Origin: an uncultured Verrucomicrobiae bacterium
Lineage (GTDB): Bacteria; Verrucomicrobiota; Verrucomicrobiia; Limisphaerales; Palsa-1400
Assembly: GCA_963702845.1 (NCBI GenBank)
Contig: OY969763.1
Coordinates: forward strand, 3,744,001 to 3,808,000
Direction: 5' to 3'
DNA: 64,000 nucleotides
The notes beneath the pieces were generated by a model. The model made no database searches and had not been told where the DNA came from. It saw only the letters and a list, made by a program, of their open reading frames with translations. Made by a program: the position numbers and the translations under genes. Shown here in pieces: positions 12,657 through 23,017 of the stretch; position 1 is the first letter of the stretch, and the number at the start of each line of letters is the position of its first letter.

Positions 12657-14876
12657 ATGGCGTCAGCCAACACTGAACTAGTGGTGAGAGGAATGAATTG
12701 CACCGGATGCGCGAACAGCGTGACGCAGGCGCTGCGCGCTGTCCCGGGCGTCACTAGCGCCGAAGTGTCGCTACAACAAGGCCGTGCCAAAGTGCGCTGG
12801 AGCGATGGCGCGCAAAGTGCCGAGCAATTGATTCAAGCAGTCCACGACGCCGGCTTTCAAGCGGAGGTCTTGTCATCAGAACAGCCCAACCGCAACGAGT
12901 GGTCTCCACTCGAGGGCTGGCGATTCAATGCCGTGGTCGGCGGAGCCGTCACGGCTCTGTTAATGATTGGCGAATGGGTGCTGCACCTCGAAACGCAGGC
13001 AAGGTTTCAATGGATGGCATTCGCGCTCGCCACAATTGTTCAAATCGCCTGCGGTGCGCGATTCTATCGCGGGGCGTGGCGCCAATTGAAACAAGGCGCT
13101 TCGAACATGGACACGTTGGTGTCGCTCGGATCGACCACCGCCTTTGCTTACAGCGTCTGGGTTCTGTTTTCACACGCAGGCGGTCACCTCTACTTCATGG
13201 AATCCGCGGCGATCATCACCCTGATCAGCGTCGGCCATTGGATGGAAGCCCTCGCCGCAACTCGCGCGGAAAGTTCATTAAAAGCGTTGCTGCACCTCGC
13301 GCCGCAAGTCGCGCGCCGAGTCGAAAATGGCAACGAACGAGAAGTTGCCGTCGACGATTTGCGATCGGGCGATCTGATCCGCGTTCGTCCCGGCGAACGA
13401 ATTCCGGTCGACGCCAATCTCACGGAAGGACAATCGGCTGTCGATGAAGCAATGCTCACTGGAGAATCCTTGCCCGTCGATAAAGAGACGGGCTCCCAGG
13501 TTTACGCAGGAACGATGAACGTGACCGGCCAATTTGTCGCACAAGTGAGCGCGACGGGTGAAGGCACCGCCCTCGCGCAAATCATCGCCGCCGTGCAACG
13601 CGCCCAGAACAGCCGCGCCAATATTCAAAGACTCGCCGACAACGTCAGTAATGTTTTCGTGCCGATTGTCGTTTTGACCGCGCTCGCGACCGGCCTTTGG
13701 TGGGGATTCGCACCGGACACCGCGCATCGCGTCGTCGATTTTCTCGGCCGATATTTGTGGAAATCGCACGTGCCAGATTCCGCTTTCACGGCGGCGATCA
13801 TTTGCGCCGCGGGCGTTCTAATCGTGGCTTGTCCATGCGCGATGGGATTGGCCACACCCATATCACTTATGGCGAGCAGCAACGCAGCGGCGCGACGTGG
13901 GATATTGATCCGTGATGGAATTGCGCTTGAGCGCGCTGGCGAACTTACCGCAATCGTCTTTGATAAAACCGGAACATTAACAAAGGGCAAACCAGCCGTG
14001 GCGGCATTCGAAAATTTCGGCAGCGCTCCCCTGCCCGCCGACCAATTGGCGGCGGCGCTGGCACACGCTTCCAACCATCCCTTGAGTAAAGCGGTCGCGA
14101 AAATTTCCGCGACCAAAGTTGATCTGCGCAATTGGAAGGAATTGCGTGGAGCCGGTGTTGAAGCAGACATTGACACAGGCAAAGTGCGGCTCGGTTCCAT
14201 CGCCCATTTGCAACGCTCAGGAGTTGACACGGTTGCCGCGTCGAAATTCCTCGAGGACTGGACAGGTCGCGGCGCAACAGTGCTGGGGTTGAGCATTAAC
14301 CATCAGCTTGTAGCGGCGATTGCGCTACAGGATTCGATTCATGCAAATGCGCGCGACGTCATTTCCCGGCTCCGCAGGGCTGGGCTGAAAGTGTATCTGA
14401 TCACCGGCGACAATCCGCGAACAGCCAAAGCGATCGCTGCTCAGGCGGGCATCAAAGAGGAAAATGTCTTCGCACAGGTCCGGCCCGAAGAAAAAGCAAC
14501 GCTTGTCAAACACCTGCAAGGAGGCGGCGAGCGCGTCGCATTCGTTGGCGATGGGATCAACGACGCGCCTGCGCTCGAGCAGGCTGATTTAGGAATTGCG
14601 GTGAGCAAGGCCAGCGATGTCGCCAACGAAGCCGCGGATATCATTCTGCTGAAATCGGATATCAGCGGTGTCGTCGAAGCGCTGGGATTGGCCCGGGCGA
14701 CGTTGCGAACAATTAAGCAAAATCTTTTCTGGGCCTTTTTCTACAACGCCGCTGCGGTGCCGCTGGCGGCCCTTGGATTTTTGAATCCAGTCCTGTGCGC
14801 AGCCGCTATGGGTTTATCCGACCTCGTGGTTATCGGTAACGCCCTGCGGTTGGCGAAGTATCCCGGAAGAAAATAA
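12657..14876 (+). CDS. copA: Cu(+)-type P1B heavy-metal translocating ATPase
   Basis: N-terminal GMNCTGC HMA domain, [22 protein letters not shown] and MGLS TM motifs. Confidence 0.92.
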   Translation: MASANTELVVRGMNCTGCANSVTQALRAVPGVTSAEVSLQQGRAKVRWSDGAQSAEQLIQAVHDAGFQAEVLSSEQPNRNEWSPLEGWRFNAVVGGAVTALLMIGEWVLHLETQARFQWMAFALATIVQIACGARFYRGAWRQLKQGASNMDTLVSLGSTTAFAYSVWVLFSHAGGHLYFMESAAIITLISVGHWMEALAATRAESSLKALLHLAPQVARRVENGNEREVAVDDLRSGDLIRVRPGERIPVDANLTEGQSAVDEAMLTGESLPVDKETGSQVYAGTMNVTGQFVAQVSATGEGTALAQIIAAVQRAQNSRANIQRLADNVSNVFVPIVVLTALATGLWWGFAPDTAHRVVDFLGRYLWKSHVPDSAFTAAIICAAGVLIVACPCAMGLATPISLMASSNAAARRGILIRDGIALERAGELTAIVFDKTGTLTKGKPAVAAFENFGSAPLPADQLAAALAHASNHPLSKAVAKISATKVDLRNWKELRGAGVEADIDTGKVRLGSIAHLQRSGVDTVAASKFLEDWTGRGATVLGLSINHQLVAAIALQDSIHANARDVISRLRRAGLKVYLITGDNPRTAKAIAAQAGIKEENVFAQVRPEEKATLVKHLQGGGERVAFVGDGINDAPALEQADLGIAVSKASDVANEAADIILLKSDISGVVEALGLARATLRTIKQNLFWAFFYNAAAVPLAALGFLNPVLCAAAMGLSDLVVIGNALRLAKYPGRK

Positions 14877-14951
14877 AACGACAGAGACACAGAGGAATGA
14901 CTCCTCCATGTTTCTGTATGTCTGTGGTTATGCCACAGTGGAAATTGGGCG

Positions 14952-15056
14952 TTACGCCTTCTTCGCCTTAGTCTTCGTCTTAGCGACAACTTTTTTGCGT
15001 TTAATGTATGCGTCGCGACGGCTACGTTTGATTACTTTGTTCGATTGTTGGCCCAT
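14952..15056 (-). CDS. Small basic protein, 34 aa: MGQQSNKVIKRSRRDAYIKRKKVVAKTKTKAKKA
   Basis: ATG-to-TAA ORF below the ORF-track cutoff, Lys/Arg-rich, fills the gap between copA and the next gene. Confidence 0.6.
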   Translation of the reverse strand: MGQQSNKVIKRSRRDAYIKRKKVVAKTKTKAKKA

Positions 15057-15136
15057 AAGGATTTGATTTTTAGACTACAAATACGGATACAAAACTTTAC
15101 TTTGTGTTTCTAATTTCGTCTTGTATCCGAGGCAAT

Positions 15137-15646
15137 ATGAAGAAGGTGTTCTCGTCGTTCAATCTCTATTTCATTCTCGCAATCCTCATCGCGGGCTGCG
15201 CTACCACCGAAAAATCCAAACAAAAGAAGGAGCAGTCGACCGTTCGACTCCATCTGGAAGCTCCACAAACCGACGACAACGGCGCCAGCGGCGTCGTTCT
15301 GGTGACAAAGCAGCGGGTGCCCGTCAACGTCGATCGCGAACCATTCTTGAGCGAAGGCGAGCTCCATCATGCCGAAATCGTGGCAGCCCCGGGCGGCTTC
15401 GCTATTGCGCTGAATTTCTCCGATCACGGCATGTTCCAACTAGACATGGTTTCGACATCCAACAAAGGCCGGCGGGTCGCAGTGTTAGCCCAATTCCCGG
15501 AATCACACTGGATCGCAGCACCGATGATTACCCGGCGCATGTCCAACGGCGTATTCACCTTCACACCCGATTTGACACTGGAAGAAGCCCAACGATTCGT
15601 GCGCGGCTTGAATAACGTGGCGGAAAAAGCCCGAAAACAGTTTTGA
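15137..15646 (+). CDS. Putative lipoprotein, possibly a SecD P1-head-like domain
   Basis: Lipobox IAGC; GRRVAVL...AAPMI...GVFTF resembles the SecD head domain. Confidence 0.6.
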   Translation: MKKVFSSFNLYFILAILIAGCATTEKSKQKKEQSTVRLHLEAPQTDDNGASGVVLVTKQRVPVNVDREPFLSEGELHHAEIVAAPGGFAIALNFSDHGMFQLDMVSTSNKGRRVAVLAQFPESHWIAAPMITRRMSNGVFTFTPDLTLEEAQRFVRGLNNVAEKARKQF

Positions 15647-15679
15647 AGCCGTTTCCATCCGTTTTCGTGAGAAGCTAAA

Positions 15680-16768
15680 ATGGAAACGCTCCAAGCTCCA
15701 ACATCCAAGCTCCAAGGAAGCTCCAAACTTCAAGCTTCAACCTCCACCTTCCGATTTGGTGTTTGGAGCTTGAAGTTTCTCTTGATCTTGGTGCTTGGAG
15801 CTTGGAGCTTTTCCGCCTCGGCGCAACCTTTCCATCTCCCCACCGCCAATCACGCTCTCTTCGAAAAAAACGGCGGCGACAAATTTTTCGTAGGCACGAC
15901 CGGCAAACCATGGGAAAGCGGCTGTTTCGGTTGCGTGCGCTCGGACGGCTGGCAAATGCACGAAGGTCTCGATATCAAATGCCTCCAGCGCGACAGACAC
16001 GGCGAACCCACCGATCCAGTCATGGCCACCGCCGAAGGCACCGTCGCATATTTTAGTAACAAACCCGGACTGTCTAATTACGGCCGCTACGTCGTGTTGC
16101 GCCACATTGTCGACGGCATCGAGATCTATTCACTCTATGCACATCTAAGCGCCATCCGCGATGGCTTAAAAATTGGTCAACAAGTCCACACCGGCGAACA
16201 GATTGCCGTGATGGGCCGCACCAGCAACACCCGCGAACGCATCACCAAAGAACGCGCTCACGTCCACTTCGAACTGAATCTCCTCTACAGCGACAACTAC
16301 TCGAACTGGCACAAAAAGAACCTCCCCGGACAACAAAACGACCACGGCGAATGGAACGGCCAGAATCTCGTCGGCATGGATCCCAAGCTGATGCTCCAAG
16401 CCGGGCAAATGCAGGGATCGAAGTTCAATCTCGCGCAATGGATCCAGACCCGCCCCGAACTCCTTCGCGTGCTCGTGCGCAAAACCGATTTCCCATGGCT
16501 CCGTCGCTATCACGCGTTGGTTGTCGAACGCAATTTGGACAAAAAGACGATCGCCGGTTACGAGATCGCCTTTGACTACAACGGACTCCCCTTCCAACTC
16601 ATCCCCCACACCGCCGCCGAAATGAAGAGCGGCTCGAAATATCAACTACTCACCGTCAACGCCGCCGAGTACGCTAAAAATCCGTGCCGCAAATTAGTGA
16701 AGCAACGCGGCTCACGCTGGGAACTCACGAACAAGGGAACGTCGCTACTGGATTTGTTGCTCTATTGA
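15680..16768 (+). CDS. M23 family metallopeptidase
   Basis: HEGLD, YAHL, AHVHFE zinc motifs. Confidence 0.9.
   Translation: METLQAPTSKLQGSSKLQASTSTFRFGVWSLKFLLILVLGAWSFSASAQPFHLPTANHALFEKNGGDKFFVGTTGKPWESGCFGCVRSDGWQMHEGLDIKCLQRDRHGEPTDPVMATAEGTVAYFSNKPGLSNYGRYVVLRHIVDGIEIYSLYAHLSAIRDGLKIGQQVHTGEQIAVMGRTSNTRERITKERAHVHFELNLLYSDNYSNWHKKNLPGQQNDHGEWNGQNLVGMDPKLMLQAGQMQGSKFNLAQWIQTRPELLRVLVRKTDFPWLRRYHALVVERNLDKKTIAGYEIAFDYNGLPFQLIPHTAAEMKSGSKYQLLTVNAAEYAKNPCRKLVKQRGSRWELTNKGTSLLDLLLY
15688..15810. repeat. 7-bp-unit inverted repeat element (aagctcc / ggagctt) inside the 5' end of the M23 ORF
   Basis: Left arm aagctcc/aacatcc/aagctcc/...aaacttc/aagcttc; right arm ggtgttt/ggagctt/gaagttt...ggtgctt/ggagctt/ggagctt. 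Confidence 0.8.
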
Positions 16769-17439
16769 AGCTGTTTGGGGCCGCCGTAAGGACTTTGGTA
16801 GTCGCGTTTGATCTGCCGTTTTTCTCTTTCTGTGTTGGCCTTTTCCATTTCAAGCGAGTGCTGTCCGACGTATTCCGGGCTCAGCCGCTGCTGCAACCCA
16901 TGCTCACCGTAACGAAGGCTTTGATTGCGATTGAGGCCAATAGCCGGTGGTTCCAGTAACGCCTCGCCCCAACTGTGCGCGTCCGCCGGCAACAAAATGT
17001 TCGCAACATCCGACAGGCTCATCACCGTTACCAGCACCTGGATCGCATTACCGCCCCCCAGCTTCTCTTTCCACTTTTTTTCACCGATTGAACGCAACAC
17101 GCCAAAATCATCAAAGACCAGCATGGCCGCTTGCTGGTCGAGATTATTCCACGCATGCACGAATTTGAAGTAACGTAAAAATCCCACAGGCACACTGAGG
17201 CCGAGTTGGAATTCTTTCACACGCGTATACTCGTAAAGAAAAACAAATCCATCCGGCAACCGACTCGCGCGATTTGGCGGACCTAAATCATGGATCACAG
17301 TCCCAACTTGAGTTTTTCCTTCAGTGAAAGTGTTATGTTGCGCCGGCAATGGTCGTCCCATTTCCGTCCGAAAAGACGAACAACCGCAAAGCAGACACAC
17401 AACCGTGCTGCAATGCGCGATGAGCCAAAAACGGTTCAT
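16762..17439 (-). CDS. Hypothetical lipoprotein
   Basis: Lipobox LCGC; LGPP motif; start overlaps the stop of the upstream gene. Confidence 0.7.
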   Translation of the reverse strand: MNRFWLIAHCSTVVCLLCGCSSFRTEMGRPLPAQHNTFTEGKTQVGTVIHDLGPPNRASRLPDGFVFLYEYTRVKEFQLGLSVPVGFLRYFKFVHAWNNLDQQAAMLVFDDFGVLRSIGEKKWKEKLGGGNAIQVLVTVMSLSDVANILLPADAHSWGEALLEPPAIGLNRNQSLRYGEHGLQQRLSPEYVGQHSLEMEKANTEREKRQIKRDYQSPYGGPKQLQ

Positions 17440-17813
17440 TTCTCGCGAGGGATGAATTCAGGACTGTAGGAACAATCCGTCAGCATCCGCTGCCGATCAA
17501 AAAAGAAGACCGCCCGATCGTAAGTAATGCGTTGCTTCGTCTGATTATAAATAATCAGGTAGAACGCCTTCGTCCGCGATTGCTCGCGCAAATAATAAAA
17601 AAGCGTTTGGTCGTGCAACGCGATCACTTGCGAGGGTGGGCCTAGCACGCGCATGACATCCGATTCGGTAGAACGCCCTTTTTCGAAAACTGGCGCCGAC
17701 GAATCACGCCACTTGTTTTCCACCCCCATCTCGCTGCTCTTGCTGACGCACCCAACTGCAACAAACAGCAACAACGCCAGTCCACTGAGCTTGTTAAAGC
17801 ACTTCATCATCAT
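17436..17813 (-). CDS. Lipoprotein, BamE/SmpA-like
   Basis: Lipobox AVGC; G-x-ST-x-x-DV-x-x-x-LGPP pattern. Confidence 0.65.
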   Translation of the reverse strand: MMMKCFNKLSGLALLLFVAVGCVSKSSEMGVENKWRDSSAPVFEKGRSTESDVMRVLGPPSQVIALHDQTLFYYLREQSRTKAFYLIIYNQTKQRITYDRAVFFFDRQRMLTDCSYSPEFIPREK

Positions 17814-17910
17814 AATCCCTCCAGGCCCGGGTAAGCGTGGTGCTGGAGTCAGTTGGCTGCCTCGCCAACAATCAACAGCACCACGGTGAACCTGGCAATC
17901 GTCGTCACGG

Positions 17911-18489
17911 CTACTTGCTGCTCACATCAATTGCAAGCGATTGGGTAGCGGTTACCACCACCTGGTCTCCATTTTTCAGACTGTCGAATCGTTTCATGTC
18001 CTCGGGCACCTTAACGACGGTGGTTGTTCCATCCGGCGCCATGAGCGTGACTTCCCTTGTGGTGCGATCAATTTTTTCGACGGTGGCGCTGATTTGCTGC
18101 GTCGTCGTTTGTTCAGCGGACGGTTTCGCTCCGACCGGCGCGCGGCTGAGAGTTTGGCTCTGAATTGCAGACGGCGGCTCGTCCGACTTGCGGATGTCCA
18201 ATGCGACGGATTCACTGTATTTCGCCGTCACGGTATCACCTTTTTTGATCTGATCGAAATTCCTGACCGTGTCCGGCGCTTTGATTGTCACGAGCGAGCC
18301 GTCTTCCCTGCGCAACGTTACTTCACGCGTATCTTTGTTAACTTTGTCAACCGTCGCCTTCGTGGTTTTGGCTTCTTCCGATTTTACCGGCGAGCCGGCA
18401 TTTTGCGTTTGTGTTTGCGCGTGCGCCACAAAATAGGGCGCTGCCGCCAGCAGCACACAGGTTTTAATCGTCAACACGATCATTCTCAT
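17911..18489 (-). CDS. Exported protein with two internal beta-barrel-like repeats
   Basis: AGGAGG RBS, signal peptide AHA, duplicated ATV(D/E)K...TREVTL...DG...FD.(I/L)K.GD.V unit. Confidence 0.85.
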   Translation of the reverse strand: MRMIVLTIKTCVLLAAAPYFVAHAQTQTQNAGSPVKSEEAKTTKATVDKVNKDTREVTLRREDGSLVTIKAPDTVRNFDQIKKGDTVTAKYSESVALDIRKSDEPPSAIQSQTLSRAPVGAKPSAEQTTTQQISATVEKIDRTTREVTLMAPDGTTTVVKVPEDMKRFDSLKNGDQVVVTATQSLAIDVSSK

Positions 18490-19015
18490 AATTCCTCCTT
18501 TTAGTTTTTTACTGCACTCCCAGTCATCAAATGCTCTCGAGAGCCCTCAGAAGTTTTGCCCGCACCGATGCGCACCCTTTCGAGGGCGGAAAGTAACAGG
18601 AGGGGACGATACAGGCGTAAATAACCGCCTCCACCGTACCCCTCCCGGGTTCCTCTTCCCTACCTGTTGGTCAGTTGCAAAAAGCGGATGCTTGTAAAAA
18701 ATTGCGTAGCTTGGGATGCCCCACACAGAGCTACTGTACACAGGAGTGACGCCATGGCTCTCTGGTTGTACGAAGAAATCGTTCATATAGCTCCTAGCTC
18801 CTTGGTCGCCCCTGAGGTTAATACCGTTTGCTGATGCTCGCCATGGGACTTTGGTCGTCAGCGTGATTGTTAAATTGCTCTCCTCGATTGCATTAAGCCC
18901 AAGGTCTCATTGCTCGAATGCCAAATCAGACCGAGAATAATCTGCCGATAGACCAAGTATCAGGAGCGGCCCTTTACCCCACAAATGGAATCTGTGCCGA
19001 TGGCGTGGAGGAAAG

Positions 19016-19372
19016 GTGATAATGCAAGATGAAATAATGTTGTATTTCGGTAGCGTTGCCGAAGGGTTGATAGTCCTGGCTGTAATCATCATTTCGGGCG
19101 TTGCTTTGACAACCGGCTATTCCGTTCTAAAAAACCACCAGCGCTGTTCTGGACATCCGGAGAGATCACCCGCCTGGGACTCATTTGCCGCCTGGCTTCT
19201 CATCGCCGTCCAAATCGTGTTGGCGATCCACATCATCAAAGCATTCGTTTGGCCGAATTGGATTACCCTTTGCGCAGCCGGGGCGATAGCCATCGTCCAG
19301 ATGCTCCTGAACTGTGTTATCCGCAGAGACAGCGAGTCTGCCTCTTTGCCAGTGAAACATGAACAAATTTAA
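19016..19372 (+). CDS. DUF1622-like small membrane protein (divergent)
   Basis: Three hydrophobic segments; C-terminal pattern resembles DUF1622. Confidence 0.5.
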   Translation: MIMQDEIMLYFGSVAEGLIVLAVIIISGVALTTGYSVLKNHQRCSGHPERSPAWDSFAAWLLIAVQIVLAIHIIKAFVWPNWITLCAAGAIAIVQMLLNCVIRRDSESASLPVKHEQI

Positions 19373-19615
19373 ATGCCGGAGAAAGCGCTCAACGGCAAAC
19401 CGACTGCACGATACAGCATTTGCCTAACCGCTTTTACACGTCCTACCACTCTCGCGTGAAGCTCCTTTGCGCTATGGTCTTAGGTGAACAAACTTTCGGA
19501 AAAGAGCTGGATGAATTCACGATTCACTTCATCGACTGGTTTGAAGATCGTCGCCAGCGCGCATTGTTATTCCAGCATCCGCTCCGATACGGGTTCATTG
19601 CTTAAGGCGGATCCC

Positions 19616-20305
19616 ATGATTTTAATTGTCGCACAACATCCCACTACATCACGGCGGATCGTCGACATCGTAAGAAGCGCAGGCTATCGCACCGCCACGT
19701 TCGAAAGCACGATGGAGTTGCTAAACTCACCCCACCTGCAACCACCCTGTTGTTTACTGTTGGAATGGAATCTGACGCAAAATAATGGATTGGATTTCCA
19801 GCAGGAGCTCGCACGTCGTTTTGAATTTATTCCGGTCATTGCTCTGAGCGAAAATTCATCGGTCGCGGTTGGAATCGCCGCGATGAAAGCCGGCGCAGTT
19901 GATTACCTGGTCACGCCGGTGGAAGCAGCCGTGCTTGCAGACGCCATTAAGACCGCTCTCGCGAAACAGGTAAAAACCTCCGAGTCCAACAAACGTTCCG
20001 TGAAATTCCGTCGAGGCTGGCAATCGTTAACCAGCCGCGAACAGCAGGTCCTCTCCTTCATCACCAACGGTTACTTGAACAAGCAGATTGCGGCCAAACT
20101 GGGAATTTCCGAAAAAACGATCAAAGTGCATCGCAGCCGTGTAATGAAAAAAATGCAGGTCGCTTCTTTCGCCGAATTAGTGCGATTAGCCGAGCACGCC
20201 TCGATCACCGAAAACCTCAGTGACGAACGCACGAGCAACAGCGCGGGTCGTAATGTGAAACGCAACGGATCTCACACTGAGTTGGCGCCAAATTGTTTGC
20301 CGTAG
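19616..20305 (+). CDS. FixJ/LuxR-family response regulator with atypical receiver
   Basis: AMKAGAVDYL; LTSREQQVL...NKQIAAKLGISEKTIKVHRSRVMKKM HTH. Confidence 0.88.
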   Translation: MILIVAQHPTTSRRIVDIVRSAGYRTATFESTMELLNSPHLQPPCCLLLEWNLTQNNGLDFQQELARRFEFIPVIALSENSSVAVGIAAMKAGAVDYLVTPVEAAVLADAIKTALAKQVKTSESNKRSVKFRRGWQSLTSREQQVLSFITNGYLNKQIAAKLGISEKTIKVHRSRVMKKMQVASFAELVRLAEHASITENLSDERTSNSAGRNVKRNGSHTELAPNCLP

Positions 20306-21429
20306 CCGGCAAATTGGTCCGCATCGACCAATTCATCCGCCTTGGTTTCCCGCAATTTTCGCGTCAGTCCTTTTTGCGAATACCGTCCGCGTTGCGCCGC
20401 CAATTGCAATACATTGCGCTCCGTTTGCTCGCCAAACGCGAAACCCAATCTGTCGTAAATTTGACGCATTGTCTTTAACGGATCAGCAGTCAAATTAGTG
20501 TAAGTCACATCTATAAACCGATTCTCAAGGTCCGGCCGTTGTTGTCGGAATTGTGTGATCCTGGTGATTTTCTGTTGCAGCGCCTCCGCCTCGCCGCGTG
20601 CAATCTGTTCGAGGTCCAGATCATTCGAAAACGCCTTTCGCACCACGAACGCCATTCGCGTCGCCGATTTTACCACCTGCATCGGCTCGCGATGCGTCTG
20701 GATTACCATTGCGTCTGGAAACACTTTGAACAACGAATCAAGCGCATACGCATGGTCCGGCGCCTTCAAAATCCAGCGGCCAACACGCCCCTCAGATTGC
20801 GTACGTTCCATAAAACGCTTCTGCCATATATACGCGGGCGTAAAGTCGATTTGGTCCAGGAACGCATCGTACGTCGGAACCCGCAGCATCGTCCCGAATT
20901 CCCGCGAGAGTAACGAATAACTGTGCAACGAAACGCACTCGTGCGGCGAATTGGCGCGCAACGGATGAACCGCATCCGCACCGGGAGCCAACCGTCTGAA
21001 AACCCAGAGTGACATTCCCGTGCGAAACTTGCGCAGGGCCACCGAACCGCCGATCGGCTCCAGAAGTTCCCACGCCGACAACACCCGGTTGGCTTCATCT
21101 CCCGCCAACAGCTCGTGCAAAAAAGTGGAACCACTGCGCGGAATCCCGGTTATAAAAACTGGCGATTTCACTCCGCCGTTTGCAACCGGCCCGGCCGCTT
21201 TCCACGCCTGCTCCAGGACAAGTCTGGACTTGAGAAGCTGGCACAAATAATTGCGGATCAAAAATCGACCGACGGTGTGCAGATTCGCTTCCTGCTCAAT
21301 ACTCGCGCCCAGCACCGTCAACCGTAAGCCGATTTGCGAATCGCCGAAGTCCTGCAACCCGGTTTGAGATTGCGCCCTCGAATACAACTCGACCGGATCG
21401 ATTCCCCCGCGTGTTTCGGTGAGTTTCAT
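20272..21429 (-). CDS. Sulfotransferase family protein
   Basis: PAPS-binding loop GIPRSGSTFLH; WILKAPDH; FPDA..I.THR. Confidence 0.9.
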   Translation of the reverse strand: MKLTETRGGIDPVELYSRAQSQTGLQDFGDSQIGLRLTVLGASIEQEANLHTVGRFLIRNYLCQLLKSRLVLEQAWKAAGPVANGGVKSPVFITGIPRSGSTFLHELLAGDEANRVLSAWELLEPIGGSVALRKFRTGMSLWVFRRLAPGADAVHPLRANSPHECVSLHSYSLLSREFGTMLRVPTYDAFLDQIDFTPAYIWQKRFMERTQSEGRVGRWILKAPDHAYALDSLFKVFPDAMVIQTHREPMQVVKSATRMAFVVRKAFSNDLDLEQIARGEAEALQQKITRITQFRQQRPDLENRFIDVTYTNLTADPLKTMRQIYDRLGFAFGEQTERNVLQLAAQRGRYSQKGLTRKLRETKADELVDADQFAGYGKQFGANSV

Positions 21430-21606
21430 GGCCTGTCAAATAGTTTTTACAACATATCGATATCCCGCCTGCGTCGCTATGAGACCTAAGCCCAATTGTC
21501 CTTTAGTGTTTTTCAGTCAACCGGCCCTTAGGTTTAGGCACTACGACCTTTGTACCACTTGAGCTCCCACTGCATGAGACGACTCTTGAGCGGAGGATTT
21601 TTAGAT

Positions 21607-22866
21607 ATGAAAATGAAACAACATAAATTCATGTTTGCAACCGGCGTGGAGAATAGCATCCCAACCATTCAAAACGGACGTGTCCGCGTCGACCAAATGG
21701 AAAGTTGCGGCCACTACAAACACTGGCGCACCGACTTCGACAAGGTCCAGGAATTGGGAATCGAATATCTCCGATACGGCCCACCGCTGCACAAATGCTA
21801 TCTCGGCCCCGACCGTTACGACTGGTCGTTCGCTGACGAAACTTATGCGGAATTGAGACGGCGCAAAATCACGCCAATAACCGATCTATGTCACTTCGGC
21901 GTCCCGGATTGGATCGGCAATTTTCAAAACCCAGAATTCCCGGAATTGTTCGCAAAATACGCGCGCGCATTCGCCGAACGCTTTCCGTGGGTGCAGCTTT
22001 ATACACCCGTCAACGAGATGTATATCTGCACCATCTTCTCCGCCAGGTACGGTTGGTGGAACGAGCAAATGACCAGTGACCGCTCAGTCGTGACCGCCCT
22101 CAAGCACATCGTCAGGGCCAACGTGCGCGCCATGGAAGAAATTCTCAAAGTGCGGCCAGACGCCATTTTTATTCAGAGCGAATCGTCGGAATATTTTCAC
22201 CCGGAGAATCCAAAATCCATTGCCTGGGCCGACAAAAAAAATATCGCCCGTTTTATGACCTTGGATTTGAACTACGCCCACGACGTCGGCGCCTACGCCT
22301 ATCAATTTCTGCTCGATAACGGCATGACTCAGGACGAATACAATTGGTTCATGAGCAAAAACCTCAAGGCCTCCTGCATCATGGGCAATGATTACTACTT
22401 CACCAACGAACACATAGTATATCCCGACGGCAACACCGGTCCGTCCGGCGAAATCTTCGGCTACGGCGAAATCACCCGCCAATACTTCGAGCGTTACGAC
22501 CTGCCCGTGATGCATACCGAAACAAATATGGCCCAGGGCCCGGCCGGAGACGAAGCCGTTAAATGGTTGCACAAACAATGGGCCAACATCATGCAGGCGC
22601 GCCAGCGACTGGTCCCGATCTTGGGTTTCACATACTATTCCATCACCGATCAAATGGACTGGGACACCGCACTGCGCGAAACAAACAATCGCGTCACCCC
22701 GGTCGGACTGTTCGATCTGGACCGCAAGATCCGTCCCGTCGGCAAAGCCTTTAAAAACCTGATCTCCGAATGGCGAGAAGTCTTGCCCACAGCGAGCCGG
22801 TGCATCCAGGTGCCAATCGACTTCGAATACAACTTCGCGGAACAGGAAGAAGCCGTCCCCGCGTAA
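21607..22866 (+). CDS. Glycoside hydrolase family 1 (beta-glucosidase-like)
   Basis: DLCHFG.P.W, acid/base TPVNE, nucleophile HTETN. Confidence 0.88.
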   Translation: MKMKQHKFMFATGVENSIPTIQNGRVRVDQMESCGHYKHWRTDFDKVQELGIEYLRYGPPLHKCYLGPDRYDWSFADETYAELRRRKITPITDLCHFGVPDWIGNFQNPEFPELFAKYARAFAERFPWVQLYTPVNEMYICTIFSARYGWWNEQMTSDRSVVTALKHIVRANVRAMEEILKVRPDAIFIQSESSEYFHPENPKSIAWADKKNIARFMTLDLNYAHDVGAYAYQFLLDNGMTQDEYNWFMSKNLKASCIMGNDYYFTNEHIVYPDGNTGPSGEIFGYGEITRQYFERYDLPVMHTETNMAQGPAGDEAVKWLHKQWANIMQARQRLVPILGFTYYSITDQMDWDTALRETNNRVTPVGLFDLDRKIRPVGKAFKNLISEWREVLPTASRCIQVPIDFEYNFAEQEEAVPA

Positions 22867-22897
22867 ATTCAACCATTCGTAGATGCCAACCAACCAC

Positions 22898-22926
22898 GGC
22901 GGGGCCCGCGAGCCCCGCCTTTTTTC
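22898..22926 (+). terminator. Rho-independent terminator
   Basis: ggcggggc/gccccgcc stem followed by a T-tract. Confidence 0.8.
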
Positions 22927-23017
22927 TGCCCATCCACCTCGGAAGAGAGGATGCCCATTTTATTATCGTTGAGCCCGCCTCAACCTGCCCGTATACTACC
23001 CAATTCGAACCCGGCCC

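Noticed and set aside
18500..19000. Possible riboswitch or small ORFs in the long intergenic region
   Set aside because: Isolated hairpins only; motif order does not match c-di-GMP or other aptamers I know
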